64,000 nt of DNA from Cenococcum geophilum (taxonomy: Eukaryota): contig CP158635.1 in NCBI GenBank assembly GCA_050273025.1, forward strand, positions 8,680,001-8,744,000. Reading direction: 5' to 3'. Position 1 is the stretch's first letter. Each line of letters begins with the position of its first letter. Below, one piece after another: positions 13,423-26,295 of the stretch. Under the pieces are notes generated by a model. The model saw nothing but the letters and a program-made list of their open reading frames with translations, ran no database searches and was not told where the DNA came from. The position numbers and the translations under genes are program-made.

Positions 13423-13843
13423 TATAACGGAGCCTTATAGTAGGGACTACGGTAAACTTGTTAATGGGCTAGGTGTATAGGTATTGCAAGTAAGTCAATA
13501 ACGTAATAACAACTAGTGGAGTGGTTGCCTAATAGATTAACTCCAATTATATTCTAAGAATTACTATAAGAAAGGAACTATCTAGGTAGGGACTAAGGGT
13601 CCTTAAATACACAACCGTACTCCTATAAAATCCTTCTTGTACGTAATATACGTCTTATACATAAGGTACGTGAGTTCCCTTCGTTCCTCTCGTTCCTCTT
13701 ATAGCACCTTATGTGACCTCGGTTACCATTCCTCGTCACATAGTTCCACGGGTTCCATCCTAGACCGTGCTTGTATCAACCAACTAGCTTCTTCCAACTC
13801 CTCTCCAAGTAGTCGTAACATTGTACTTAAAGCGTCCGTAATA
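13423..13843 (-). repeat. Gypsy copy A 5' LTR
   Basis: Direct repeat of 5824-6244, less heavily RIPed. Confidence 0.95.
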
Positions 13844-15992
13844 CTAAACCTACTAAACCTACTATAAAGCGTAGTTAAGGACGCCCTTAAAAGCACCCTA
13901 TAACTAAGAACCCTATAATAGAGAATTACCTAACCTCCGCAGGAATATCTGTAAGGTAACCTCCGCCTATAAATATATTAGTTCTAATATAAAAAACCTT
14001 GTTTACGGACTTATAACGTAAAGAGATTAACGGACTACTTAAAAAGGGTATTTTTGCGGTTATAATGGAGAGAGACGTTCCGCAAGGCGTCCGTATATTT
14101 AACTTACGCTTTATTAACGAAATTAAGCACCCTAGTACTAATAAAGCTTTTAAAAAATCAAGGCTTGTTATATAAGCCTATAATGACTAAGGAAAGGACT
14201 TAGTCCTTATGTAATCGCCTATAATTTAATAAGTTAGTTAATGGATTATACTTATACTTACGCCTAGACTATAGCAAAGTAAACCCGTAGCTCTTTACCT
14301 ACGGGATATCTCGTAAGCCTATATATAGTCTAATACCTACCTAAGTAGGGATATCTTTATACGGCCACCCCCCGAGCTTAACCTATAACTAGGAATAATC
14401 CTATGGGTTATAAAACCTCTATATGGAGTACCGGAAGCTAGAAACCATTGGTTTAAAATATACTATTAGCACTATATTAGTAAACTTAAAATGGAATAGT
14501 CGACCTATAACCCCTACCTCCTATACAGCCTATTAAACGGCCTTAGTATTATTAGACTCTAAATAGATAATACCCTCTTCCTAGTAGACTAAACCTTTAC
14601 GGATACTAAAGAAACTAAACTATAAAAGGCTAAGTTCTTAGCAAAGCCGTAAGAGTAGTTAACTAAGTAAAATCTAATTAAGTTTAATAGAGGCCTAATT
14701 ATATAAAAGGGTAACTTAATTAAGCTAACTTAGGAACGCCAAGCTTAAAACCTAAAGCCTATTATAGTAAAGCCTATGGACCTTACTAGCTCCTATAAAG
14801 AGACCCGCAAGACTGTAAATATAAAGGACTAATACGTTATATAGCGTATAAGAGACGCCTATATTGCTATAGTCTGCCAACCTAAATCTGCCTATAATTT
14901 ATCCTTTGCGGCCCAGGTAGTAGATCCGTAAGAAGAAAATATTAAGCAGCTTAATAAGCGTATTTAGTGGCAAATTAATAATATAGTAAGGGGATTTACT
15001 TTTGTACCACTAGACCTAAGTTCCCTTAGCTTACTAGTATTTATAGACGCCTCCTTTGCTAATAATAGAGACCTATTATTATAAATTGGCTTTGTAATTG
15101 TACTTACGGACCGTAATTAGAACGCAAATATACTATACTAGTCTTTAATTAAGTGTAAATAAGTAACCTATAGTGTACTAGCTTCTAAACTATATATACT
15201 AGCTTATAGCTTTAATATAGCAGCCGTAATTAAATTAATGGTCCAGAAGATTCTATAACTAGAGCAGTTACCCCTAATTTTATGTACTAATTTAAAGTCC
15301 CTTTATAACTGCCTAGTTAAACTAGGTACGATATAAGAGAAGAGGCTTATAGTTAACCTAATGTGCTTACGTTAGGCCTACAAACGACGTGAAATTGCGG
15401 AGGTTAAATAGATTAGCGGCGGAAATAACCTAGTAGATGCTATGACTAAGGTAAAGCCGTATTAAGCCCTTAAAACCCTAATTAACACGAATAAGCTTAA
15501 CCTAAAAGTTATAAAATGGGTAGAACGGGACTAACGGAGTACCTACGGTACGCCTACGGCCCGTTGGAAGGCCGTACGGCTTATTATACGGCCTATTCTA
15601 CGGACCGTAAGCTATTAGGTGGAAAATGGTGGAAAGCTGCGACGGAACTTAGTGGACTTACGTGACCTGCCGAATTCTGCCAGGGTAATTGAATTGACCA
15701 ATTACGATTTTCCATCCCCGGGATGGAAAATCGCCATTGGCTCGCTTAGCACTAGCGCCTTAGCGGCCCTTAAGATCTAACTTATGGCTCATCTACTGCC
15801 CGTCAAAAGGCCGTACGGTTTATTTTACGGACCGTAAGCAGAACCTACGGCCAGCTTAGGGTACCGTTTGGAAGGCAGCCTAGACGGCACCTTGGGGGAG
15901 ATTTCCTATGTATTTTCCTTTGTGTTTTATGGTTTTATTAAAGCAATTACGGAGGCTGTATATAGGTGGCTTCATTTTTCAAGTACCGCTAG

Positions 15993-16263
15993 TGTATAAT
16001 TATAGCACCTATTGTACCAACCGCGTGCTTACGCGTTCGGTACACTAGGTACGCGTTTACGCGTTCAGTGCACTAACCACTCGCTTACGCGTCTGGTGCA
16101 CTTATAAAGCACTAACTAATTAGGGGGGAGGTGCATTAGTATATAGACCACGTAGTCTACTTCATATAATCGACAGTCACCATTATCCAAAAGAGCATAC
16201 GATACTAAACGTATTTCGTGCCCCTGGATCTGACTCACTCGTGCTATTAAATTAGTACGAACA
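15993..16263 (+). repeat. Copia 3' LTR
   Basis: TG...CA ends; direct repeat of 1838-2108. Confidence 0.95.
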
Positions 16264-17090
16264 ATAATGTATATATAATACAACTTCTCTAGGTAAACTT
16301 TTTATTAAAAAATTATTATATAATTATTGTTTTTATAGCGTTACTAGGGTGCTTATTAGAGCCTAAGCGAAAATAAGCGAAAATAGGAAAATTAAAAAAT
16401 CTATTAAGTTGGGTATTAAGTTGGGTATTAAGTTGGGTATTAAATGCGTAATTGGCGTAGGCTATACGTAGGCTATGTATCAAACACGTCAACGATAGCC
16501 ATTTGGCAGCCATTTGGCCTAGTTAGCAGTATTTGATTTTTACTTAATAGGTAGTTTAAATGTTAGCTGACGAATACTTTTCCAATATACTAGTAGGATA
16601 ATTAACGTTAAATTAAGCTCTATAGAGCCCTATTTAGATCCTTTACTAAAGGCTCAACTATACTAAAGTTCTATATAAAAGATTATAAAGAAGGTAGAAA
16701 AGCGGCTGCGACTTAAATATAGAGAGGGCTATATTTAACTAGTAAAAGATATTTCTAAGCCTTTATAGAGCTAGAAGCTACGCTAGCGTAGAGCTTAATA
16801 CCCTCTAATTGGCTAGTTTATTAAATTATCTATTAAATATATATATTGTATTTTATTTAAAGCGTTTACCGTTTAGCGTCTAGCGTCAAACTTTATGTTT
16901 TATTAGTAGGCGTTAAGCTAAACTGCCTAATTAGGAATGTGTAATTAGCTATATTACTAGCCTCTATATATAAATACAATTCTAATTTAAAGTTATAGAC
17001 CTCTAAATATAATTATAAATAACCTATATTACTTATATAAAGTAAAAAGCTAATTAATATTAGCTCTATAAGGCTTATATAGCAACTCTA

Positions 17091-18743
17091 TATTATAATA
17101 ATAAAGTATTATATACGAACGCCAGATAAATAAGTATTAGATTTAAAGAATTAATAGCTATATATAGCTATTGTAGAGATTTAAAAGGATTGCTAAAGAG
17201 CTTAATAGGAATATAGCTGCGGCTAAATCTATATAGGGGCATTAGGGTAGATAAACTATCTACTAACGACGCTAAGTAAGAAAAGGAAACTAGCTACGCG
17301 TACCACGTATCGCTTATAATAATAGTCCTATTATAGTACCCCCCTTTTAAGGGGAGGCAGATCTAGTAAGATAGTAGTATAGTGCTAGCGACAGGTTAGA
17401 GTAGTAGTATAATACTAGTAACTAGTTTAGGAGTTAGAATAAAAGTGTAAACGCTAAGTAATCCAATAATCGCGTGCACTATAATAAAGGTAGAATCTGT
17501 TCTTTAAGTAATGCAAGCTATGCTTAGCGGAGGACAATTGTAATCGCGATTACAATAAGATGGATAGTAGGCGGGAGCAGGAGCTAGACTAGTAGGTAGG
17601 GATAAGATTAATAGTTTGGATCTAGTAGTTAACGTCTATAGGCTTATAGGCAGCGGTAGATTTCTAGGCTAGTTTCTAGACTAGAAGGTTCTAAACTAGT
17701 GGGCGATAGGAGCGGCGATCGAGGCGCTAAATAAGCTTAACGTACTTACTATACAATAGGCTAAATAGGGCATTGCTTAACTCCTTAAGGGATTAGTAGA
17801 GGGTAGGGCAGAAACTATAGTAGAGCGCTTTAAAGCGTAATATGTCTAACTAAGGGGAAGTATTAGCCTTATATATAAATCGTTTAAAATAAGTAAGGTA
17901 TATAATAAGTAACTCCTCTTCTCTCTAGCGTGTAGATAAAAAGCGCTAAATAGCCTTCTATTATTCTCTTATGTTATAATAAAGGCGCTAAAAAAAGGAG
18001 AAGATATTCTTAGAGTCCTAAGGCTAGGTATATTTAATTAATTAGTAGAGGTATAAAATAGAAGCTTATTAGGGCTGCTTAAGGTAATTCTATATATAGT
18101 TTAATGCATTAGTACTGGCGAGCTAGTTAAATTAAAGCTTTACTCTAACTAATAGGAGCTATATATATAGTATAAGAAGCTTACTATTAAAGTAAGGTAG
18201 ATTAGGGAGGCATAGGTAAGTAGTTAAGGTAGGTATAGGGTAAGTCTAGAGCTAGAACTAAAGCTAGTAAATATTAACGCGCAAGGCGTTAAGGTTTAAT
18301 TAGAGTAACTAGATCTTAGTGCGCTGGTTTTAGAGCTCCTACTATAGCTATTATTCTAGTAGAAGAAAAGGTAGGTTGGATATAGGAGCTAAAAAAAAGA
18401 AAGAAAAATCTAGATTAAATATGTTAAAGACTCTATAAAGAGTCCGTAATAGCTTTATACTATTATTAACGTCCAGCTAGCTAGGCGAGCAATCCTAATA
18501 TTATAATAACAAAGTATTATATACGAACGCTAGATAAACAGGCATTAGATTTATAGAATTAATAGCTATATGTAGCTATTATAAAGACTTAAGAGGATTG
18601 CTAGAAAGCTTAATAGAAATATAGCTACGGCTAAATCTATATAGGGGTATTGGGGCGGATAAACTATCTACTAACAACGCTAAGCAAGAAAAGGAAGCCA
18701 GTTACGCGTCCCGCGTAGCGCTTGTAATAGTAGTCCCGTTATA
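17091..18743 (-). mobile_element. Small non-autonomous LTR retroelement (1653 bp), probably gag-only
   Basis: 245-bp LTRs 17091-17335 and 18499-18743 with TSD CTCTA (17086-17090, 18744-18748). Minus-strand PPT at 17336-17348; RIPed zinc-knuckle-like segment at about 17455-17500. Confidence 0.85.
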
Positions 18744-18781
18744 CTCTATATCGTTTAATAGGCCCTTATCCCTTTACTAAG

Positions 18782-18965
18782 TATTATAGCAACTAGTTAA
18801 TTAAGACCCTAGTATTATAAAGTAACGAGCGCAAGCCTATATAGTTAGTAATTTATAGATAGGGATATTATATTAAGGAGTAGAGGAAGGTAGAGGTCAC
18901 GTCTATATATATATGCTAAGTCTTTAGCTAAACCGCTAACCAGGTTCTGTAATGGTGCCGTTATA
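18782..18965 (-). repeat. 3' LTR (with adjacent PPT) of a truncated element related to the 45992-49883 family
   Basis: Shares GTCTATATA core and is followed by CCCCCC..AAAAAA.CCT.CCCTTAG.CTTT, as seen after 46174. Similar to 22464-22651. Confidence 0.6.
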
Positions 18966-19604
18966 TTAACTCCCCCCTTAAAAAAATCCTACCCTTAGAC
19001 TTTATTGTCTATCTCTTATATAGGTAAAATAAAATAAAATAAACCTATTTATAATTAACTAATTTTCTTATTTATCTAATCCTTAATTACTAATAGGTCT
19101 TTTTTTACCTATCTGTTTCTTATATAGTTATAGCGGACAGTTTTTAATCTAGTAGCTAAATAACCTATAGTATACGCAACGTCCTTTATATCTATATTGA
19201 TTTCGGCAAGCTAGTTATATAGATTAATTATAGGGACTTATAGACTATAGGGGCATAAATTAAGAGCTAGGAACATTAATAGAATTAATTATAATTATAC
19301 TAATATCTATAGGCTCCGATCTATATTAGTTATTACTATTACTAGAAGATTAAGTTATAAGATAAGCAGATAATTTGCTCGCTAATTATTAAACGATTCA
19401 AATAAAATTGGGGTATTTTTATAATAGGTTAAGCTACTAACTAAGCCTACCATAGATGGTCGTGTTTAGCCCGTTTCTAAATATTAATATCTTATTAATA
19501 TCCGGCTAATTCTACCTATATACCTCGTATAGAACGCGTTCGAATTTTAATATATAGGTCGGTACTAAATCGTTGTCTTGCCGCGGCGACAGCAACCTAT
19601 CCTC

Positions 19605-20085
19605 TTACCTCAGCAAGCCCAGACGTGATTTCGTTGGTGCGGAGTCAATCGGCCCGCAAGTGGGTAGCTAACCACGTTCGTAATGCACCACCGAAATCAC
19701 ATCTAAGGGACATATCCAACGTTTCTTAAGAAACCCGACTTTTTTTATAATGTTCCCTATACTCGCAGTCGAATTGCTTAACTATAACGCTTAAAATATT
19801 ACTAAAAGTTTATCAATTATGGAGATAACCTAATATTTTATAAATATTTAGTCTAAATTAGCCTATAACCCCCTAAAGTTAAGATTATTTTCGTTGAAAA
19901 TGATTCCGTTATTAAGAATCCCGACTTTTATAATTAATATTATAATAAAGTATATATAAAGCCTAAAAATTAATTTATTATAGAGCTAGTTTTTGCGACT
20001 GTTTTAAGCCTATATATAGCCTTAGACCTTATATAAGTAGCTTTAATAACTTTATTAAAGATTGTATATAACTCCTATACAAAAT
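19605..20085. mobile_element. Terminus of a TTACCTCAG-ended hairpin element family
   Basis: Starts TTACCTCAGCAAGCCCAGACGTG like 45677. Stem 19621-19640 pairs with 19685-19704 (18/20). 19690-20085 matches the reverse complement of about 45255-45676. Confidence 0.7.
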
Positions 20086-20411
20086 AGTAAGACTTAACTA
20101 GGCTTAAGAGAAGGCTTTTGGAAGGAAGTCTTTTAGGAGAAAGGTTTTAACTAAGTAGGCAGCTAATTAAGGACCCATTTGGCTCGACGTTAGCGGCGCT
20201 ACTTTGGCTTAGGATTGTTATATGGAGGCTCTAGATTTAGGAGTTTATTTAGAAGCTAAGGTCCTATTTATATACGCTTTAAAAGCTTTGGTTCCTGCGG
20301 TTTTCTTAATAGAGGCTTTATAGGACTAACTCAATTAAGCCCTAAAAGCACCTACTATTATATATAAGCAATTATATTACATTAATATCGTCTTATACGC
20401 TTTAAAGTCTT

Positions 20412-21500
20412 CTAATTATAAGTAGAGTCAGCAGTACCTTTAATATGGTTATTGCCACCTCTATAGTAAATTACTTTTTAAATATATTATAGTATTCGCT
20501 TAATCTAAGCTTAAATTTACTACTACTTAAACTCCTCCTATACCTGCCGCTATACCTATTTAGCTTCTGCTTAAGACTTTAGTACTCCCTTCTTTATAGT
20601 AATTTGTTTAAGGTATATCTAAGCTAGCTTAATTATATTTAAATTGGGTAAATTACCTAGCTAAATAAACCGCTAGAAGCCTACTACATTAAAGTAGATC
20701 TACTAATAATGTAATATATAAGATAGAGCCTTATCCTTTTAGATAATAGTATTTAGGCAGTTAATTTAATATTTAACGCTAAAAGGAATAAAGACTAGTA
20801 AGACAATCATCGTTAAATAGTGGTACTAATTAATACCGCCTTTCTTACTAGTTTGTTTAAAGGGGCTATTTGCTTCTATTATACGGAACTAAGGCTTTGT
20901 ACCTAACTTATTGCGAAGCTTAAGTTATTATATACTAGTATTAAACTCCTAAGCCTTATAAAGCTCTGGCTTAATTATATTATTAATTACTTTAAGCTTA
21001 GGCTTTATGGCTTTCTTTACTACTATAGTCTCTAATTTCTATACGTAGTAGAACAACTTCTAATTACATAAGAAGGCGCCCTAAATTATAAACTCTATTC
21101 CTTTAAAAAAGCGCGGTTAAATTATCTTTTTATTTACCTTCTTACTAGCTAGGCGCTAAAGCCTATAGCTGTCTCTTTAATAACCTAAAACTATCCCTAT
21201 TTGATTAGTCTAAATAACATTTTTAATCCTTAATTATCTAGTGTTAATACTATAAGGCGAACTGTAAATAAGTCTCTCTTATCTCTAGTAAAAGGTAGGG
21301 CTTTCTTATTAGCTTTATCTTGCAATATCTATAGCGGTAAAGAACTCGCCAGATGGTTTTTATAGAGTAGTCGTACTTAGCACTAATATACATAGAAGAC
21401 TTCTCTCTCCTATATTAATCGGAGGTAGCTTTCTTAAGTATTTATAGCTTAAATTTGTGGGTAATTTTAGTTTTTCTTCCGATATAAAGAGTATAAATAA
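20412..21500 (-). pseudogene. Tc1-like (IS630-Tc1-mariner) transposase remnant
   Basis: De-RIPed minus strand reads KTIWRVL...K.TRKP.L..EMR..RLQFAL.H.HWT.EDWK, GGIDWY, W.GN.PNLN.IEPAW.YLK and C-terminal GGN..IEG, typical of fungal Tc1 DDE transposases. Ends not resolved. Confidence 0.8.
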
Positions 21501-22264
21501 TATAGCTATTAAGAAGAGAACGAAAGACAGGGTCCTAGCTACGGCTATAGGCTTTTAAGAAGATATATTGCAAAGTGCAACGTTTAATTTAAGTAATATT
21601 TTTTATATAATCGAGAGTTACTTTTATAGCCTTTACAGCTAGGACTTAAGCCCTAGTTACGAGCTAATAAAAGCCTATTATTAGCAAAGTTGTTAAGTAA
21701 CGGAGGCAATCGAGCTGTAGAAGTATTCTGCTATTAGGCGGTAAGCTAGTCGTTTATAAAATAAACTAGAATCCTTAATATGCTTATCTCCGATTTTTGT
21801 ACCTAACCTTACTTATAAAACCGTAAGATAGCCTATTTTCCATATTACACGCGCCTTATTGTCAATATAACTACTATTAGTTAGTAAGTTAAAGCCAATG
21901 TCGCCCTGCTATTTGCCCTATCTTAACGGGTTTCCTAGTACTATAGTGCCCGCGAAAAAGGCCGCGAAGTAGGCCGTAAAGTTAACGCTAGTAACAGCTC
22001 CTCGAGCTAGCAGTACTCGCTCTATTAGTAATAGTTAAGCGCCACTAACGGATTCGTTAGTAATATAGCTAGCTAGCTCTATAAGTTTAAAGTATACTAT
22101 AGGCAGTAAAAGGCTGCTATAGCGGCGAACGTCCTTACGGACCTAGTAGAAGGCTTTATGCGTATATAAAGGATATATAAACTAGGTAAAAGGGGGCATT
22201 TTCCATAGTAATTTAATATCAGACGATTTCCTAGCAAGTGCTTATAGCAATATTAACGGCCGTA

Positions 22265-23299
22265 GTTAACTCCCCTAGCCCTTAAACCTTAACACTACGC
22301 TTAAATTACTCTAATTAACGCCGTAAACGCTCTAGCTTAGCCTATTCTATATATATTCCTTTTATAGTATATTAAAACTGCTATTAGGCGAAAGAATTAT
22401 ACCTACTCTTATGGATAGCTCGCTTTAAAAAAAAACTTACTATAGTTATAGTGGAATTCTTAATATTACAGCGACTTAGTTAATTAAGGTACTAGTATAG
22501 TACTATAACACGCGCACGCCTATACAATTGATAATCTATAGATTTAGATATTAAGATAAAGAGTAAAAGAAGGTGGAAGAAAGGATATGTCTATATATAT
22601 AGAGCTATGCCCTTAGCCAAACCCCTAACTAGGACCTCTATCTAGGTAACAGACCTATACTTTTAAAACAGCCTATATAAGCTTAATTAGATTAAAGTTT
22701 AGTAAGTATAGTAGTAGATAGCAAAGAATATAGCCCTCCTTTTTAATAGCAGCCGGAATCTACACGTTAATATAAACCTTAAGGTTGTCTATTATAATTA
22801 CTATAGTCTAAAATTTAGATATTATATATAAAGCGTAGGAAATAGGTAGCTGTATAGTTGCCTAATAAAGTCGTTAATATAAAAGTAGCCTTTATAGGCT
22901 TAATGGCAAACTTAGCCATTAATTATTATAGCCGCGTAGATACTCTAAGTATTACCCCTTTAAGGATCGCTCTAATAGTATACCTCCTTACTAATTAAAG
23001 CTCGCCCTCTTGTCCGCTAGCCAGTCCTTTTATTAAAAATAGCCTTATTAAGGAACACTATAATATTTACCAGAAACCGCCTATATTATTATAATAGAGC
23101 CAGTACTAAATTTTATTTAGATATTTCCAGCCATTATAGAATAGGAGTTTAAGAAGGGCCTCTCTATTGGCTCTTATTAACGCTACTAGCTAGCTAGTCT
23201 TCCATATATAAGGCCTAATAGGCTAGCCATATTATATAAGGTAATGTTTAGTGTTATATATAGTGGTTTAACTAATATATAGCTGTTCTGTAATAGCAT
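22265..23299 (-). pseudogene. Tc1-like DD34E transposase remnant, interrupted by a solo LTR
   Basis: De-RIPed motifs VFLDE, MDN, YLPPYSPDFNPIE(L.W.VLK.W); 34 residues between the second D and the E. Confidence 0.8.
22464..22651 (-). repeat. Solo LTR related to 18782-18965
   Basis: TA(TG)TTACAGCGAC...GGTAACA; colinear similarity with 18782-18965; no TSD found. Confidence 0.6.
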
Positions 23300-26295
23300 C
23301 TCGTCGCTAGCTTAATTTAAGTAGATAGACTATATCCCCGTAACAAGTAGGGTCAATATAAGGCACTACAATATTAGAAAACGCGTTAAGATAGGGCAAA
23401 TAGCGGGGCAACGTCGGCTTTAACTTACTAACTAATGGTAGGGAGTTATGTTAACAATAAGGTGCGTTTAACGTGGAAAATAGGCTATCTCACTGTTACG
23501 GACGCTTTAAGTACAATGTTATAACTACTTAGAGAAGAGTCGAAAGAAGCTAGTTAGTTAATTTAGGCACGGTCTAGGATAGAGCTAATAGAGCTATATA
23601 ATAAGGAATAGTAGCTAAGGTTATATAACGTTATACGCAGTATACGCAGTATACGCAGTATACGAAGGGAACGTATATATAATATGTATAACATATATAT
23701 TACGTATAAGAAGGGTTTTTTAGAAGCATAGTCGTGTATTTAAAGGACCACAGTCCCTACCTAGATAGTTCCTTCCTTATAGTAATTCTTAGAATATAAT
23801 TAGAGTTAATTTATTAGGCAACTACCCCACTAGTTATTATTACATTGTTAACTTTAATTAGTATTACCTATATACCTAGCCTAATAACGAGCCTATTGTA
23901 GTACTTGCTACAAGGTTCCGTTATATAATTACTACTTAGTTATGGTACTAAATATAGAAAGTCAAATAATATGCCACTAAAAGCAGCCACTATAACGCTA
24001 TTAACGGCGGCAACTACTTTAAGGTTAGGAGGTAATACTAGTATAGCAGATACTAACTTATAGCAACCTATAACGGTTGGATAACTATAAGAAATAGTTA
24101 ACTAACTAACGGCAAATAATATAACGCTGGAAGAAAGGATTAATGGGGTAGGAGCAGTAAGGATTAAGCTACTATCGATTAAAAGATACTTAGGAGAAAG
24201 ATTAAAGCTTAAAGGATTTCTTACGTAGACATACTTTAAGGTTATATAAAAAGGAGTAAAGCTGCTAATACCTATAGATCGAATAGCATATACGGGGTTA
24301 TTTCTATTAGGGAGGGTACTTAAGTAGTTTAAGCCTTACCTTACGGAAATATAAGTAAACGGAATAATGACCACTAATTAGGAGGTACGGTTTATGTTCT
24401 TAAGCTAGGAAGGGTTTACGGAGTAATTTATATAAATATTTAGAGACCTAGAGGCAGTAACTATGGTAAAAAGAAATCTCTAAGATATTACGTAACGAAC
24501 CTTAGCAATTAAGTATATAACGTAGTTCTAGACGTTAGCGATATAAGTTAAGTGGAATAATAAGGCGCTTATAGTATAGTATAAGTAAGGACTTAAGGCT
24601 AAAGTTTAGGATATAATTATTCTAATAGAAGATGTGGATATCCTATAGGAGTTAATAGATTAAGTAATTAAGATTAATAATTAGATCTACTAAAGGGAAT
24701 AGGCTAAGAGAGGTTAGGATAGAGTTCTATAGTTATATAAGGCGTAGAGTACGCAATAACTAAAGCTAAATTAGAAACTATAGTATAGCGCAGAGCTAAT
24801 AGGCCTAAGTAGTACTAAAGAAGCCTATAAAAGATGGAGTAAGAAACTATAAAAACCTAGAGGTTAAGGATCTAGTAATTATAGGACTAAGGAGTAGAGG
24901 CTAAACTAGGGATCTTAGTAGTAGAAGATGTTTAGGCGGACTCTATAGTAAAGTTAATAGTTTAAAAATAAAGCTTATATAAATTATGGAAAATAATGTT
25001 ACTTTATAAGGGATTATAAAGATAGTTAAAGTTACTATATAATAAAGGGAACTAGACTAGTAGAAGACATATATATATAGAGGGATAATAGTATACTACG
25101 AGGGATAAAGGAATATTTAATTAAAAGTTTTACGTTCTGTTATAATAACGTATACTAAATTTATAAAGACGCTAAGTACGGTATAAGCTATTAGCCGTAG
25201 AAGCTAAAATCTTTAGAGTGTAGGGGAACTAATAAACTATTATACAGATTAGATATTAAAGACGATAAGTTTAATATAGGCGAAATATTTACAGATAATA
25301 AGGTAATAAAGGTAGCTTACTAGGAGCGTATAAACCTTAGAGAAGTTATATTAGAAGTAGAGACTAAGACCACTATAGAGCAAGATTTAGTAACGGGTAT
25401 TATAACACCGTTAGATACGGTATCTATTACTTTATAAAATAAAAGGAAGAGTATCTTATAAAGATTAAGTAAGTAAACAACTGCTAGTGCTAATTTATCG
25501 CTTAATAAAGGTAAAAAGCTAAAGGCTTAAGATTTTTAAAATAAGATAAAAGACGATTAAGACTTTTAAGACAAGATAAGGTATACCTAAGGACCTATAA
25601 CAGACAAAAACTAATAAAGTAGGGCAGTAGCTTAGTTTAAAGATATATAAATAAGCTTAGGATAGAGTTTCCTATAGGTATAAAACTCTTAAAACGAGAT
25701 AAGTAAAATTTAAAACTTTTAAGATAAGATAAGAACACCTAAGCCTAGTTAGACTAAGGTAGGAGTAAAGCTTAAGATAGAAGTAAGCTTAGGATTAAGA
25801 ATCCTATAGAACTAAGACTTTAAGACACGAATAAGGATTATTAATAAGATTAAGAAGTAAGAAGACTTTAAAGATCCACTTATAAGACGCGAAAAGAAAG
25901 AAACTATAGAGGAATTTAGAGTATAAATCGCCTTATAGCAAGATTAGAAACTAGATAAAAGCTTTAGTATACTAGGCCGTATAAGGGACAAATTACCTAT
26001 ATAAAGGATTACTAATAGGCCTAGAATAGGCATACTAAGAGCTAAGTGGCTTACTAAATTAGAATAAGAAGAGGATCTAGGGATTCTAACTAGGTTTAAG
26101 AAACGACATACTAAAGGCTATTATAATGCAGTAATAAGAAGATACTTCTTTATAGATAAGCCGTATATACTTAAGGAGTTGTACTAAAAGTGGTATAGAT
26201 AACGACATAATAATAAATAGGAAGATTTCTATATATAGTTAGATAAAAAAAGCTATCTAAGACCACCCAATTATAGAAAAGGCTATAAGTTATAT

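Larger units (their letters stand above)
5824..13843 (-). mobile_element. Ty3/Gypsy (chromovirus-type) LTR retrotransposon, copy A, full length, RIP-inactivated
   Basis: 421-bp LTRs 5824-6244 and 13423-13843 with TSD CTAAA (5819-5823, 13844-13848); PPT at 6245-6260 on the minus strand. Minus-strand gag (ATG 13382), protease, RT ([11 protein letters not shown][D]NIIIY), RNase H, integrase and a C-terminal chromodomain-like segment near 7020-7150. Confidence 0.95.
2478..15534 (+). pseudogene. Copia gag-pol polyprotein remnant (many RIP stops; split at 5823/13844)
   Basis: Integrase fragment ORF 5301-5564; RT/RNase H motifs at about 14030-15534; 27-bp repeats (EPDELEATA) at about 5710-5785. Confidence 0.85.
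1838..16263 (+). mobile_element. Ty1/Copia LTR retrotransposon, RIP-inactivated, interrupted by a Gypsy at 5824-13843
   Basis: 271-bp LTRs 1838-2108 and 15993-16263 with TSD ATAAT (1833-1837, 16264-16268). Domain order gag-protease-integrase (KAINDTAGPDGLVPTLLVYGAYPR) then RT (KPLYGVPEA.NHWF) and RNase H (DASFANN) is the Copia order. Confidence 0.95.
1139..16648. mobile_element. Degenerate ~1.1 kb TIR element (possibly Tc1/mariner-derived) split by the Copia insertion
   Basis: Weak TIRs TAGTAAAG.CTCTA..AGG.CTCTATA (1139-1166) vs 16619-16648. Subterminal (ACGCAGCCT)n repeats near 1293-1333 are inverted relative to 16449-16481. Confidence 0.4.

Noticed and set aside
16402..16443. (TATTAAGTTGGG)x3.5 as an interstitial telomere, and ORF 16316-16513
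   Set aside because: A 12-bp unit, not TTAGGG; it lies in the subterminal region of a TIR element, and the ORF is just the repeat translated.
19605..19612. TTAC termini as a Starship boundary
   Set aside because: Here TTAC/GTAA are inverted ends with a 9-bp TSD, and no tyrosine-recombinase captain is visible in the window.
21747..21755. TAG-starting TIR as an Academ element
   Set aside because: The internal DD34E transposase shows a Tc1-type element; the TA is the TSD.
18782..22651. LTRs at 18782 and 22464 as the two ends of one element
   Set aside because: Too diverged, no shared TSD, and the second lies inside a Tc1 transposase that continues on both sides.
23631..23664. (TATACGCAG)n expansion in the Gypsy B 5' LTR
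   Set aside because: Simple slippage explains the 13-bp LTR length difference.
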